A stretch of DNA of 35,804 nt, from the NCBI RefSeq assembly GCF_004010195.1, contig NC_057759.1, forward strand, positions 798,565-834,368. The letters are read 5' to 3'. Within the stretch, counting starts at the first letter, position 1; each line of letters opens with the position of its first letter. The notes below the pieces were generated by a model that searched no databases, was not told the origin of the DNA, and saw only the letters and a list, made by a program, of their open reading frames with translations. The stretch is from Chiloscyllium plagiosum. Lineage: Eukaryota. Position numbers and translations under genes: made by a program. Shown here one piece after another: positions 35,726-35,804 of this stretch.

Positions 35726-35804
<79 letters not shown>
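35647..35804. repeat. (CT)n and (GT)n microsatellites
   Basis: CT run at about 35647-35682; GT run from 35728 to the window end. Confidence 0.95.

Overview
Eukaryotic, repeat-rich vertebrate DNA. The repeat complement (HE1-type V-SINEs with (AATCT)n tails, CR1/HER1-type LINEs, Penelope-like elements, Rex/Babar fragments) points to a shark or other elasmobranch; this is an inference. There is one assembly gap (6856-7148). Most of the supplied ORFs are transposon debris. Between the repeats on the + strand I find exons of a leukocyte-receptor-complex (LRC)/LILR/CHIR-like Ig receptor gene. The best-preserved copy (B) has a 36-bp phase-1 signal-peptide mini-exon (11883-11918), two C2-type Ig exons (13093-13372 frameshifted; 15436-15765 with an in-frame TAA) and a transmembrane exon (18569-18679) resembling the activating-LILR TM but with Asn in place of Arg. 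More decayed paralogous exons appear to repeat downstream (copy C, about 23.6-28.4 kb) and possibly upstream (copy A, about 0-9.2 kb), suggesting a tandem, largely pseudogenised receptor cluster with a period of about 11-13 kb. Other notable elements are a 3-kb inverted Penelope insertion with a perfect 14-bp flanking direct repeat, several hammerhead-ribozyme cores, a 297-bp tandem duplication and a degenerate minisatellite with units of about 60 bp.
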